DNA of 64,000 nucleotides from Eledone cirrhosa (Eukaryota): contig OZ024740.1 in assembly GCA_964016885.1 (NCBI GenBank), positions 63,922,001 to 63,986,000 on the forward strand, in the 5' to 3' direction. Positions 7,067 through 20,800 of the stretch are shown piece by piece. The translations under genes and the position numbers were made by a program. The stretch's first letter is position 1; the number at the start of each line of letters is the position of its first letter. Below the pieces are notes generated by a model that ran no database searches, was not told the origin of the DNA, and saw only the letters and a list, made by a program, of their open reading frames with translations.

Positions 7067-10000
7067 TGCCTGGCGCGTGGAACATCGCCGGTAAGATCTT
7101 TTGTAAATTTATATACGAAAAACAGAACAAATTGTTTGAAAAAACATATTATTTTGTAGATTAACCCCCAAGCTGAATTGTCAGCAGGGTGGTAATCCCA
7201 TTTTTCGCCCCTTTAAGGGCGAAAATTTAATTTAAGAATTGTTTTAAAATATCAAATTTTGCCAACTATAAAACATGAATAACACGAAAGGAACGCTGAA
7301 GAACGTCGACAGAGAAAAGAGAAAGTAAGAGGCAGATTTTAACGTTATATCTGCTTCTGCTACTATGGACGTCACCATAGATACGACTGTCAACAAAGGG
7401 AAAAAAATATTGCCACTTGAAGATTGTACAATTTCTACCGTCGAAGCAGTAAAAAAAAAATGAAAACACAGGAATTAAACCCATTAACATACATACACAT
7501 GAAAAAAAAAACATCAACTGATACATCTACACATAAAGTTTCACCTCATCAAGGAACTGAGATTTCCAACACCGAGGCTAGCAACGATAACAACAACAAC
7601 AACAGCAACACCACACACACACAAAAAATGTCTTTCGCTGAAACAGTGAACAAAAAACAAGATTTTATAAATCTTGACATCTCCAATGCGAGAGATATGC
7701 TCCAACAAGGGAGAAAATTTGTAACTTTCGAAGAAATGGGTGGGTTTAGAATTAACTCACCCCTTGAAATAAAAGAAGACACAGTTCGAAGATCAGTGAG
7801 CTTTAGGACTGTGTCCAATACCACGAGAAAGCCGATATTTGTTAGCCAAGGAGATATAGAAAATACCTTGAAAGAAATTCTAGCAAATATCGAATTTCTC
7901 CAACGAGGAAAACAGTACGGAAGTGTTTCCGTACTGTTTAAAAGCGAGGCACTCGCTCCAAAACATTCTGTGACACCAATAGTGTCAAAAGCATTCACCT
8001 TTTCCCCTACATACATGGGAAAAAGGACACACAAAAAAAATATACCACCAAACATTAACATCTGGTGGATCTTAGCTGGCTTCGTAGAGCCAGAAACTGA
8101 TATGATTCTTTCGATACAAAAGTCTATTCGACAAAGGTGGGCGGGTACTGATTTGGAGATTCTGTTGAAAATGAGGCTGGAGAGAATCTCCAAAATACCC
8201 GAAAGAGTCGTCATTGATGATAACAACAAAATAAACATTTCGGTAGAAGGACGAACATTTCATTGCTTTCGCTGTGGTAGCACAGCACACCTAAAAGCCT
8301 CTTGTCCTTCACAAACACACCACAACAACATCATTAAAAAAACACTATTACCAACACCAACACCAAAACAACCACCACCACCACAAGTACAACGACAGAC
8401 GAAACGAGCAACCACACCAAAACAAACAGCCACTCAACCAACAACAACAGGAAAAACAGAGACAACACCCCTGAAGAACACATCCCCCACCCCATCCCAC
8501 TCCATCAAACACTACCATAAACACACATACCGAAACACCACCACCACACAACATACCCCTACCCCACACTCCTGACGATGATTATTCATCGACGGATGAA
8601 GCTGCTTCTCCTTCTTTAAGTGAAGAAGAGGGAGAGCTGCGGAAATCTAAAAAAACAAAAAAAGAGACACCACTAACCCCCAAAACTCCAATCACCAACA
8701 CCAACACACAACCACAGACACAAACAACACCACAGTCAAAAATACCCCTACCAGCAAAACCAACATCAACACCAACACCAACACCACCCCAAACACAAGC
8801 ACCCACCATAAAAAGAAAACTCCCGGACGAACAACAAACTAAACAACACAACAAAAACACAAACAACAATACGCATACATCAACACAAACAACAAGAGTT
8901 TGATGGAGGTCATCTCCCAAAACCCCAAGGTGGAGACGGAGGGCAAAACTTTCGTCAAGGCAGAATCGTCTCCACACCTTAAACTTATAAGGGTTTCTAT
9001 GGAAACCTATAATAACCTGAAAAATAAATTTTCGCAGGACGTGGGCAACCCCTGCAAGAAACCCATCAACCGCGTCCTGTTAAAATGTTTCCCCACCCCA
9101 CCCAACACCCAAATGGAGATTGAAGAACCCGATATCCAGGAAACGAAAAGGTAAGTGCGTCTTTCGTCCCTTTTCTCCAACTCTTCTTCACCAACATGGC
9201 TAGTTTACGAGTTGGAAGCGTGAATGTGCGTGGCCTAGGGATACCCTGGAAACAGGGCCAACTTTTAAACTACCTTAGGTCACATGGTATGGATGTGATA
9301 GCCATCACCGAGTCCAGGATCCCCAACAGGCAGCAACTAACTCCCATCTTCGACGACTTTGAGATCTACGCATCTCTCTGTCAGCCAGGAGGTGGAGGGG
9401 AAGTGGCTATCATGTTTCGGAAGAACCTGGACGTCGAAGTACAGCAAGTACACTTGGACCCGGAGGGTAGACTGGTAGTCCTAGACGTGAACAGTATTGG
9501 AGGTGGAGCCTTCAGGCTGGTGGCCGTTTATGCCCCGACCGGGCAATCGCAATCACGGCCAGACTTCTTTAAGAGTCTAGAGTCTTTTCTGGGAACGTCT
9601 CGCTCCTTACTTTTAGTGTGGGACTGGAATGGTATCCTAGATGCACGATGGAACTATGTGGGAGCATGTCCCAGTAGAGGGGGGTGCAACAGCCTCAAAA
9701 CTTTAATCGGCCAATTCCAACTGGCCGATAGGTATGTACTGGATTTCCCGACTGCTCCACAGTGGACGTGGGAAAACCGCAGCGGGACATCTAGATCGTA
9801 TTTAGATAGGCTCTTCATTAGAGAAAAGGACAAGGAGATGTTAAGCTGTCCACGAATGCACATGGTTGCCTATTCAGATCACAAATTAGTCGTCTGCAGA
9901 GTCAACCGTGATAGAATACATAGACAAGGACCCGGATACTGGAAGCTGAACGTGTCGTTGCCGGCACGTAAAGCTTACAGTGAACGGATAAGTAGACTAG

Positions 10001-12773
10001 TCAAGCAAGTTAACGGGAGCCATCGTCAACAATAAATGGTGGTACTCTCTCAAGAAAGCAATTAGAATAGAATCGATAGGGTTTAGCAGAGAGTTAGCCT
10101 TAGAGAAAAACAAACTAGAAAGAGAACTAGTAGCCAAGGTAGAGGAGGCACTTAGAAGTGGAAACGCGGCTAGAGTGTTAGCGTCGAGAACGGCACTGGA
10201 CCAGTTCTTCGATGCAAAACACGAAGGCTGCGTGGTCAGAAGCAAAACACGTGCTCTAGGAAACGAAGGAGCGAAAGCTGTCAGCTGGGCCCGAGTGGCG
10301 GAGGCGAAAAGTGGCAACAAGTCCACGATTCGGTCTTTGAAAGACCAAAACGCGTGCTACTTGACCCCAAGCAAATGTGCGCGGCTTTCAGCAACACTTT
10401 GCGCGACTGTTTGAGCAGAATGACGGTGAAAGACAGATCACTGACACTGAGATACGGGACGCTCTGGGCCGCTGCGGGAAACGCAAGTCACCTGGTCTAG
10501 ATGGTCTACCCTATGAGTTTTACATCGGCATGCCGGACTTGTTCTCTGGCGTCCTTGAAGCCGTCTACTGCAATTGGCAGCAGAACGGGAGAATTCCCGG
10601 TTCTGCAAGCAAGGGCGTAGTAACGCTGATCAGGAAAGACGAGAACAAGGGGGACGAAATTAACAACTTCAGACCCATAACTCTGCTCAACACAGAGTTA
10701 AAGATTTTGGCCAAGGTGCTAGCGACGAGGTTGGTGCTTGTCGTCGAGACCTGGTAGGGAAAGCGCAAACGTGTGCAATCCCGACCAGGTCCATACACGA
10801 CAACCTCCACCTCATGCGATACATCATAGAGAGGGTGGGTATTAAACCCGGCTTCGGTGGGGCTCTGATAAATTTAGATTAGTCTAAGGCATTCGATAAG
10901 GTCGACAATCGATACTTGGAAGCGGTTCCCAAGGCGGCCTGTTTCGGTCCCGTTTTCAGAGGATGGATCCAAGCGATGCACACCAGCATCTGCTCGAGGG
11001 TCAAGGTGAACGGCTACTTATTGGAGCCGTTCGCAATCACGCGTTCCATTCGACAGGGGTGCCCTCTCTCCTCTATTCTGTATGTATTGACTCTAGAGCC
11101 ACTACTGCGGAAATTGGAGCTGTTGCAATGCATCCCTCTAGAACCGGGACTGCGCAAAGCGGCGTCGGCTTATGCCGACGACGTGACGGTAATGGTGTCG
11201 AGCACCTCGGAAATCGGGGTGATTGGCAACTTACTGAAAGAATAAGAAACGCAGACGGGAGCAAATCTAAACCCGGACAAGTCTGTCGGTTTGCAACTCG
11301 GTACGTGGAGAGGCAAACCGATGACGTCCGACAGCGTCGTTGGACGCTGGACGGACGGACCGGTGAAATTGCTCGGGGTCTGGTTCGGTCCAGACCTCCA
11401 GGTGGAGAAAAACTGGAACGAGGTCATGGCCAAGGTGTTTGCACTCACCCAGAAGTGGGCAGAGTGCAAACTGTCCTTGAAAGGTCGAGCGGAGGTAGCG
11501 AACAATTTCATAGCGTCCGTCATCTACTACCGCTTGACTGTCGTGCCTTGTCCCCGTGAACACCTCGCCAAGTGGAACGCATGCTCTTCCAGTTTCTGTG
11601 GAAGAAGCAGGCTCCGCTGGTGAGGAGATCCGTCTGCTGTCAGCACCCTTCCAACGGGGGCTGGGAATGCCGTGGCTGATGATGCGCAAACATGCGCTGA
11701 GGCTGCGGCATCTCAAGGTATTCCTCACCGACCCCCAACCGGTATGGGCACCGTTTGTGAGAGAGACTTTCCCACAGCTCGTCTCGCTGACGGAGCTGCA
11801 GTCCTGGGTCAAGAAAAGACAGAAAACAATGGGCGCCTGGCACATTGAATGCGCTCAGGCGCTCACAGTCCTCTGGCAAGAGGGCACAGCAATCAGTGGA
11901 GACTCCACTACGACATTCTATAGAGGGATTGTACGTTACAAGGGCGACGACGTGCTCGGAGAGACTCTAGGCGTCGACGACGATGAGCTCACCTGTCTGT
12001 TTGGTAGGACTTTCCGCCCGGGACCTATGGACAACTTCCAGAGGTCCCTGGCCTGGCAGTGCTACCGAGGAGCTCTACCGGTTTGTGACAAGATCTACAG
12101 GCAGGGATCCTTCCAAGAGGATGTGTCCAAGATGCGTGCAGAACATTGAAACAGTCCTGCACGCAATTGTACACTGCCCGGGCGTAACCGACCTGTGGAA
12201 CTATGCAGAACAACTGCTGTCGCGTATGGGACAAATCCAGTTGACTGCCGAGTCCATAGTAAGGATCAAACCGCCAGCCTCTTTCAAAAACGAAAGAGAG
12301 GCGGTTTTCCTCTGTACGGTGGCTTTGGTAAAAGAAGTTATATGGTGGACGAGATTGAGAGGACTGAGGACAGATGCCTTTCTCTCCGGACAACAATTCA
12401 TTCCCTTCTTTAAGTATCACTTTAGAAGGAGAATCAGAGTGGAGAGAAAGGCACTGCACTCCAGTAAATTTACTGAAAGGTGAGTGAATGAAGCGAAAAT
12501 GGCCCGAGTGATTGGGCCTTCTCTGTTTATAAGCCTGTAGGTTGAAGAAGAGAGCAAAAGGAAGAAGGGAGCACTTGCACAACACGCTCCTGGAGTTGAG
12601 GGTTGTTTTATTGACGGGGTATTAAACAACCCATTTGTGGTGCTTCCCCCCTATTGGGGATTTCGATTGTTGTAATTGTTTGTTTTTATATTTTTTACAC
12701 GACTGTATGTAAAATCCCCGGCATGTCTTTGTATTGTCCCCCTTTCTTGTGCGCCCTTGTGGCAAATAAAGAA
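7067..12773 (+). mobile_element. Full-length degraded Tx1-like retrotransposon A2 (different subfamily from A1)
   Basis: ORF1 fragments 7424-8575 (CFRCGSTAHLKASC) and 8900-9154; ORF2 from ATG 9196 broken by frameshifts and stops, ending at TAG 12540; AATAAA at 12765-12770. Confidence 0.93.
9196..12540 (+). pseudogene. Disrupted ORF2 (APE-RT) of A2
   Basis: ORF pieces 9196-10035, 10175-10414, 10377-10757, 10916-11245 (YADD), 11291-11623, 11556-12149, 11983-12483 are collinear with A1 ORF2. Confidence 0.92.
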
Positions 12774-12809
<36 letters not shown>

Positions 12810-12810
12810 C
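12774..12810 (+). repeat. (TATC)n spacer between A2 and A3
   Basis: Directly visible. Confidence 0.98.
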
Positions 12811-15800
12811 CGGATGGTATAGACGTTCTTCACATCGGCTCCGCGATTATTGGATATATTACGTGTTAACAGTAAGTGTTTGTCTGTATTCTTGCGTTAT
12901 TGTGTTAATTAACCACCTTGCCTGGGTCTTCGGACATTAGGGTTAATCTATTTCTCCCCTTTTGGGATGAAATTTTTCATCCTAAAAATCTTGTGATTGT
13001 CTCTACGCTAGTGGTAATGGAAGCCATTACCACAGGCAACGATGACACGCCCACTAAACAAACCGAAGGAGAGCGGGTAGCGGAGGCAACAAACCTCCCT
13101 ACTGAAAGAATAATGATTATTAGAAACATTGAAAAAAATGGAGCCTAACCCTAATGAATAAAATGTGAAAAAAATTGACTCGGAGAAATTGCCAAAATTA
13201 ATGGATGCCGTTTCGACTTTTCACGGCGCCACGCCCACCAGCAAAGTTAAAAGAGAAGTAGTAGCTGTGACTACAAGTCTCAAGTATACTGAAAATATAA
13301 GTGAACATTTTGAAAAAATGGAGTCTAACCCCAACTTTGAAAAAATGTGAACGCATACACAAACAACAAAAAATGATAATGGTAACAACAAAAACACAAG
13401 GAAACAACCACATGTCGACAAATATAAACAAAGAGGGGGCGAACAAAATGACGTTCGCTCAAACTACGAAAAAACTCATTGTGTATGAACCTATTGACAT
13501 TTCGAACATGGCCCAGCAAATGGAAAATGCACGCAAGTATATAACTTTGGAGGAGAATGGTCTATTTTCTTTAAATTCTCCCCCAGAGCTAAAAAAGGAA
13601 AATAGCTTAAAACTATTATTTATAGGACAATATCCAACAAAACCCGTAAGCCAGTACAACTCACACAGACAGAGATTGAACTGGCTTTAAAAGATCATCT
13701 GAAAAATATTGTATTTATTCGGAAGGATAGACTCTACGGTAGTCTATCCATCCGAATGAAAGATAAATTGACGGCCGAAAAACATTCCCTGGCCCCAATT
13801 GTGTCCCCCTTATTTACCTTCTTCCCCACTTATTTGGGAAGAAGAACACAAAGATTGACCATACACAGTATCGATCCAGATATTAATTTCTGGGCGGTAC
13901 TGTGTGGCCTCTTCGACTTGAAAGAGGATGCAGTAATTTCGGTAGCTAAGTCTTCCAGCAACGTGTTCGATGGAACTAGCCTGCAAGTTCTGGTGCAAAT
14001 GCAGCCAGAACGAATTGCTAGGATCCCCGACCGCATATTGCTGGATGGGCTTGCCTACTTACACATCACAGTGGAGGATAGACGACCCGCTTGTTACCTC
14101 TGTGGTGGCAGAGGTCACCCGAAGGCTGCCTGTCCCCAAGCAAACAAAAAAACACCGAGTTTGCCCACACCAATAACTACAACACTACCAACACAACCTC
14201 CACCACCACCACAAAAACCACTAACACCACAAGTTAAAACACAACTGAAAACAATCCCACCCATTCCCACACACAGAAAACACATACAATAACACCCACA
14301 CCACAAACACGAGCCGAAAATGAACCCCTCTCCTCGAATACGGAAGACGACCCCTTTCGTCGTCAGACGAGGGGTGGGGTGGGGGTGGGGAACACTTTCA
14401 TAAAAAAAGAAAACACACCACAGGAACACAGATACAAACAACCCCTCCCAAATACATAACACAGACATCAGCACAAAAAAACACAACAACAGCAAACAAA
14501 AAACATCACACAAAAAGAAAAATATGCTTACACGTACATAAACACAATAAACAAAAAACTGTTAAACATTATTTATAATAACAACTTAATAAAAACGGAA
14601 GGTTCGAATTTCGCACAAGCAACGGGGCTTCCCCATCTAAAAATGATAAAAGCCCCAATGGACATTTACAAAACGTTAAAATACACTTTTAAAGAGGACG
14701 TGGGGCCCCCCTGCGTCAGACCCATTAATCATGTCCTCCTAACCCCCCCAGACACCCACACAACTCCAAACACCTCAACCCCACCACACACTGATGCCCC
14801 TACATTTCCACAACCCCCCCCCCCCCCCCCACCCCACCCAACAACCCACCCCCCACCCCCATGGAAATTGTGCGGCCCGGTCCCCCAGACGCAGACAGGT
14901 TGGTGCCTTTCTCTTTACCCAACATGGCTGTGTTGAGAGTAGGTTGTCTAAATGCGCGTGGCCTGGGCTCACCCTGGAAGCAAGCAATGCTTCTAAATGA
15001 CCTCAGGTCACGATGTATAAATGTCATGGTTATTTGCGAGGCCCGGATCAGCAGCGTGTGACAGCTGGCCCCCACCTTTGATGACTTTGAGATGCACGCA
15101 TCTCTCTGTCAGCCCGGAGGTGGGGGTGGGGTTGTCGTTCTGCTGCAAAAACATCTGGGTCTCGCTACACAGACGGTACACTTGGACCCGGAGGGTCGAC
15201 TTGTAGTTCTGGACCTTGGCAGTGGTAAAGGCGGCGCTTTTAGGCTGGTCGCCGTCTACGGCCCTTTTGGGTCAACGCGGCCGGACTTCTTCCATCATCT
15301 GGAGACTTTTCTAGGGACGTCCCGCTCCTTGCTTTTAGTGGGGGACTGGAATGGTATCCTAGATGCACGTTGGGACTATGTAGGGGCATGTCCTGATAGA
15401 GGCGGTTGTAACAACCTCAAGGGGTTAATCGGCCGATTCGACCTGGCCGATAGATATCGACTAGATTTTCCGACTGTGCCAACCTGGACTTGGAGAAACC
15501 ATAGCGGTCAATCTAGATCGTACCTAGATAGGTTCTTAGTTAGAAATAAAGATAGGGACTTTTTAAGTTGTCCAGAAATGCTCATGGTGGGCTATTCAGA
15601 CCACAATTTAGTGACCTCCATGGTCAACCTTGATAGAACGCTTAGACAGGGACCCGGTTACTGGAAGCTCAACTTGTCCTTACCGGCAAGTAAAGCTTAC
15701 AGGAACCGGATTAGTACTTTAGTTAAGGAGCGGTTGACGAGCGCCATCGTCAACAGCAGGTGGTGGGGCTCTCTCAAAAGAGAGAATAGAGTAGTTTCAA

Positions 15801-18661
15801 TAGGAGTTAGTAAGGAGTTAGCCTCAGATACAAATAGGAAGGAAAGGGAGTTGGTAGATAGTGTAGAAGAGGCAATTAGAAGCGGCGACGTAGCCAGAGT
15901 GCTAACGTCGAGAACGGCCTTGGGCCAGTTCTTCGACGCGAAACACGAAGGCTGCGTTGTCCGAAGCAAAATACGTGCCCTGGGAAACGAGGGGACCAAA
16001 GCTGTTAGCTGGGCCCTCGTGACAGAAGCCAAAAGTGGGATCAGAACCACTATCCGGTCTTTGCGAGACCAGGATGGACGGGTGATACTTGAACCTAAGC
16101 AGATGTGCGAGGCCTTTCAAAGGCACTTTGCCCGATTGTTCGGAAGGGACGAGGGGCCGGATGGGGATGTGGACCTAGGTCCATACCTCGACGGCCTGCC
16201 GCGTCTTTCGGACGAGGAGGCGAAGTCCTGCGAGAGGCCGATCTCAGGTGCTGAAATACGGGACGTGATGAGCCAATGCAGCAGACGCAAATCTCCGGGC
16301 CTTGATGGTCTTCCATACGAACTGTATTTAAGTATGCCGGACTTGTTCTTCGATCTCCCAGAAGCGGTCTACTGCAACTGGCAACAGAACGGGAGAATTC
16401 CCTGTCCTGTGACCACGGGCGTAGTCTCGCTAGTGAGGAAGGACGAGAACAAGGGGGATGAAATAAGTAATTTTAGGCCCATAACTCTGCTAAATGCAGA
16501 GTTAAAGATTTTGGCTAAGGTGTTAGCATAGAGGTTGGCGCTTGTCGTGGGCAACCTGGTGGGAGATGCGCAGACATGCGCCATCCCGTCCAGGTCCATT
16601 CACGACAACCTCCACCTCATGCGATACATCATAGAGAGGGTTGGCAACAAATCCGGCTTCGGTGGGGCCCTGATCAACTTGGATCAGTCTAAGGCGTTCG
16701 ATAGGGTCGACCATGGTTACCTGGATGCGGTGCTAGTGGCGGCAGGTTTCGGACCCGTTTTCAGGGGCTGGATCACTGCCATGCACAGTAGCCGCATCGG
16801 AGCCGTTCGAAATCACGCGGTCCATCCGACAGGTATGCCCTCTCTCCTCCCTTCTGTATGTATTGGCCCGACCTGAAAACGGACCCGTTTTCAGGGGCTG
16901 GATCACTGCCATGCACAGTAGCCGCATCGGAGCCGTTCGAAATCACGCGGTCCATCCGACAGGTATGCCCTCTCTCCTCCCTTCTGTATGTATTGGCCCT
17001 AGAGCCACTGCTGCGGAAGTGGGAGTTGTTACAGAGCATCCCTTTGGAACCGGGATTGCGGAAAGCGATGTCGGCCTACGCCGATGACGTGACAGTAATG
17101 GTGTCAACCGCCTCGGAAATCGGGGTGATCGGCACCTTACTGGAGGAATACGAAACGTTTACTGGGGCTAAGCTGAACCGGGATAAGTCAGTCGGTTTGC
17201 AACTCGGCGAGTGGAGGGGCAAACCGATGGCCTCCAACGGCGTCGTCGGACGTTGCTCGGGGTCTGGTTCGGGCCAGACCTCCAGGTGGAGAAGAACTGG
17301 GGTGAGGTATCGAACAGGGTGTTTGCGCTGTCGCAGAAGTGGGCTGAGGGCAAACTATCCCTGAAAGGTCGGGCGGAGGTGGCGAACGCTTATATAGCGT
17401 CCGTCATCTATTACCGCCTGACCGTCGTGCCTTGCCCAAGGGAAACGCTCACCAAAATGGAGCGCGCACTCTTCCAATTTCTTTGGAAGAAGCGGGCTCC
17501 TTTGGTGAGGAGATCCATCTGCTGTCAACACCCTTCGAAAGGAGGGCTGGGGATGCCACGGCTGCTGATGCGTAAACACGCATCAAGGCTACGGCACCTC
17601 CAGGTATTCCTCACCGGTCAACCGGTGTGGGCCCCGTTTATGAGGCGAGCCTTTCCGAGACTCGTCTCGCTCACCGAGCTGCAGTCCTGGGTCAAGCAAA
17701 GACCGAGAAAAGTGGGCGCCTGGCACACCGAGTGTGCCCAGGCGCTCACGGCTCTCTGGCAGGCGGACCCGACTATCGGTGGAGACTCCACCTCGTCATT
17801 CTATAGAGGGCTGGTGGTTAGTAGGTGCGACGACGCCCTCGGACAAGCTCTAGGCATGGAAGAAGACGAACTGGCCAGCCTATTCGGGAGGACATTTGGC
17901 ACGGGACCTATGGACAACTTCCAGATGTCCCTGGCCTGGCAGTCTACCGAGGGGCGCTGCCCGTTCGAGAAAAGCTCTACAGACAAGGGCGCCCGGGTAG
18001 GGACCCCTCGAAAAAAATCTGTCCCAGATGCGTGCGCGACGAGGAAACCGTTGCGCACCCATTGGTACACTGCTTGGGCGTTGCCGATCTGTGGGGCTAT
18101 GTCGAACGACTGCTGTCACTTGTGGGACCAATCCGGTTGACCACTGAGTCCATTGTAACGATCAAGCCGCCTCCCCCCTTCAAAAATGAAGGAGAAGCGG
18201 TCTTCCTCTGTGTAATAGCCATGGTGAAAAAGGTGGTATGGTGGACACGTTTGATAGGGCTGAGGTCGGACACCTTTCTCTCCGGCCAACAACTGGTCCT
18301 TTTCTTTAAATACCATTTTAAGAGAAGGATCAGAATGGAGAGAGAGAGAGGTGCTCTACCCCAGCAAGTTTTATGAAAGGTGGGTGAAAGTAGCGAGAAT
18401 GGCCCGTGTGAATGGGCCTTCTCTCTTTATCAGCCTGTAGGTGGAAAGGTTCAAGTTCAAAGGAACACCCCCTCTCTGTGCTCCTAAGGAAAAGGTTGCA
18501 CACTTTTTCGGGGGTGTGTGTAACCCCCAAAACGCCTCCTCTCTATTGAGGACTGTATTGTTAATTTTATATTTTTTATTTGTTTTTTACTCGTTCCTTT
18601 ATGTAACCCCCCCTTGTATTTGTCCCCTTCTTTTGTGCCCTCGTGGCAAATAAATAGAAAC

Positions 18662-18662
<1 letters not shown>
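12811..18662 (+). mobile_element. Full-length degraded Tx1-like retrotransposon A3
   Basis: ORF1 fragments (CYLCGGRGHPKAAC in 13756-14292); ORF2 fragments 14924-18440 with deletions and a 120-bp internal duplication; AATAAA at 18649-18654. Confidence 0.93.

Positions 18663-18732
<70 letters not shown>
18663..18732 (+). repeat. (TATC)n at the 3' end of the left array
   Basis: Directly visible. Confidence 0.98.
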
Positions 18733-18919
18733 CCGTAGTTAAAAGGCACATCATCGATGATTGATGGATATTTAAACAATTGTATAGAAAGATTTTCCGT
18801 GGCAACTGGCATAAACTTTATAAAAGACTAGTCCGACCTCCTTCTTTCTTCTTCTTTTCTCCATAACCATACCTTCCCTACCCACGGAAAAAATAGCGGC
18901 AAGTAGAAAACGGAAAGCG

Positions 18920-18939
18920 AAACACACACACAGATAGAG

Positions 18940-18978
<39 letters not shown>

Positions 18979-19398
18979 GAGAGACGAAGAGTAAAAAAAA
19001 AGATAATAAAATGGCTGAAACGAAGAGAGACAGAAGAAAGAAGGAGAGAGAAAGGAAGAGTAGGAGGGTGACTTTGCTGATGGTAGATATCGATCAATAG
19101 TCAATAAGGGCTATACAATTTTTAAGAAGATGAAGCATAAACATCGTCAGCTTGCCGTGTTCCTTCTTCCATTTCCACCAAATACACACACAATGACGTA
19201 TACACACACACACACACACACAATGACGTATACACACACACACCCACACACTAAAACTCGCATACATAAACACATACATACACACACAGATGCACATACA
19301 CAAGTTCAAGCATGCAAAGATATACAACTCTCAAATCTCTCTCTCTCTCTCCCAGACACATACATACACTTTCTCAATCACTTTCTTACTCTCGGACA

Positions 19399-19480
<82 letters not shown>

Positions 19481-19499
19481 CGCGCACACACACACACAC

Positions 19500-19557
<58 letters not shown>

Positions 19558-19559
19558 TG

Positions 19560-19630
<71 letters not shown>
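18920..19630. repeat. Compound microsatellites (GATA)n, (CA)n, (TA)n
   Basis: Directly visible. Confidence 0.95.
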
Positions 19631-19634
<4 letters not shown>

Positions 19635-19850
19635 ATACTTTGGGAGGGTCATGTAAGACAGAAGAAAGAAGAGACACAAAATAAAAACAAAAGTAGTTAC
19701 TGAGGAGGTCACAGAGTGTCTGACGAAAGTGCTTTGACAATCAACAACTAAACAATCATCCGGTTATTGAATTAACCAACTGGGCAATTATAATAACAAA
19801 TTGAAGTGAAATCCAACCGGTGCGTGTGTTTTTATTGGCAGCATGACCCT
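19629..19850 (+). mobile_element. Degenerate Penelope-like pLTR fragment with hammerhead motif (19696-19738)
   Basis: Diverged copy of 20720-20940: gtta-CTGAGGA-stemII-GAAA-gtgc-TT-tgac. Confidence 0.65.
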
Positions 19851-20185
19851 CTTTACGTAGAACCTAATCCGTTTCAACTCACGTTTTCAGATAAAAAATC
19901 TTGCAAAACAAATACAAAAATGAAGTACACACATATGCGCGCGCACGCACACACACACACACACACACATGCACACACATACACACACACACGCACACAC
20001 AAAATTCTTTATCTGAAAACGTGTGTTGAAACCGATATTGTTATGCTTTGGGAGTGTGATGTTGCCAATAAGAAACACATGCACCAGTTGCTTTCACTCC
20101 AATTTATTATAAATTAAATTTAAAAGTTTAAGAATTTATAAATTTCCGGTTGGTTGGTTTCACAACCGGACGGTTGTCATATATT

Positions 20186-20228
20186 GTCAAAGTTCTTTCG
20201 TCACACATTCTATGACCTCTTCAGTGAC
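20186..20228 (-). ncRNA. Minimal type I hammerhead ribozyme motif (PLE pLTR)
   Basis: Reverse complement reads gtca-CTGAAGA-g-gtca..tgac-GAAA-gaac-TT-tgac. Confidence 0.65.
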
Positions 20229-20757
20229 TGGGATTCTTTTCTTTGTTTTGTGCCTCTCCTTTGCTCTGTCGTACGCCATCTTGTTTTTGTGTGTGTTGTG
20301 TGCTTAGTTTGCGCATGTGTTAATCCGGGTGTCTGTGTGTGTTTTTATTTGTTTATTTATTTGTTTATTTACATGTTACTGGTTGGTTGTTTGTTTTATG
20401 TGTGTGTGTGTTTTCATTTTGTCCTTAATTGTAAGTTGTGATGTTGCTATTCCATTCATGTTTTCTATTTAATTTTGGTTGGAGTTCATATATGTTTATT
20501 GCCTCTGTGATTTGTCTAAACATTGCGTCTTTTCTGTGTGTAGATTTTATTTTTATTTCTATGCTCTCTAATTTGCCCTTATGTTCTATTTTAGCATGTT
20601 GGTGGAGTATTGATAATTCTTTTTTATCTTGAAGCTCTCGCCAGTGTTTATTTAACCGGATGTAACACATGCGCAAACTAAGCACACAACACACACAAAA
20701 ACAAGTTAGCGTAGGACAGAACAAAGGAGAGGCACAAAACAAAGAAAAGAATCCCAA

Positions 20758-20800
20758 GTCACTGAAGAGGTCACATAATGTGTGACGAAAGAACTTTGAC
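20758..20800 (+). ncRNA. Minimal type I hammerhead ribozyme motif (inverted pLTR)
   Basis: gtca CTGAAGA g gtcaca-taatg-tgtgac GAAA gaac TT tgac; stem I is gtca/tgac. Confidence 0.68.

Noticed and set aside
14369-14390. G-quadruplex motif GGGGTGGGGTGGGGGTGGGG in A3 ORF1
   Set aside because: Not present at the equivalent position in A1 or A2; likely local slippage in a dead copy.
19094-19712. ORFs reading [12 protein letters not shown] (also 30459-30882, 35640-36069, 44044-45692, 46612-46807)
   Set aside because: Translations of microsatellites.
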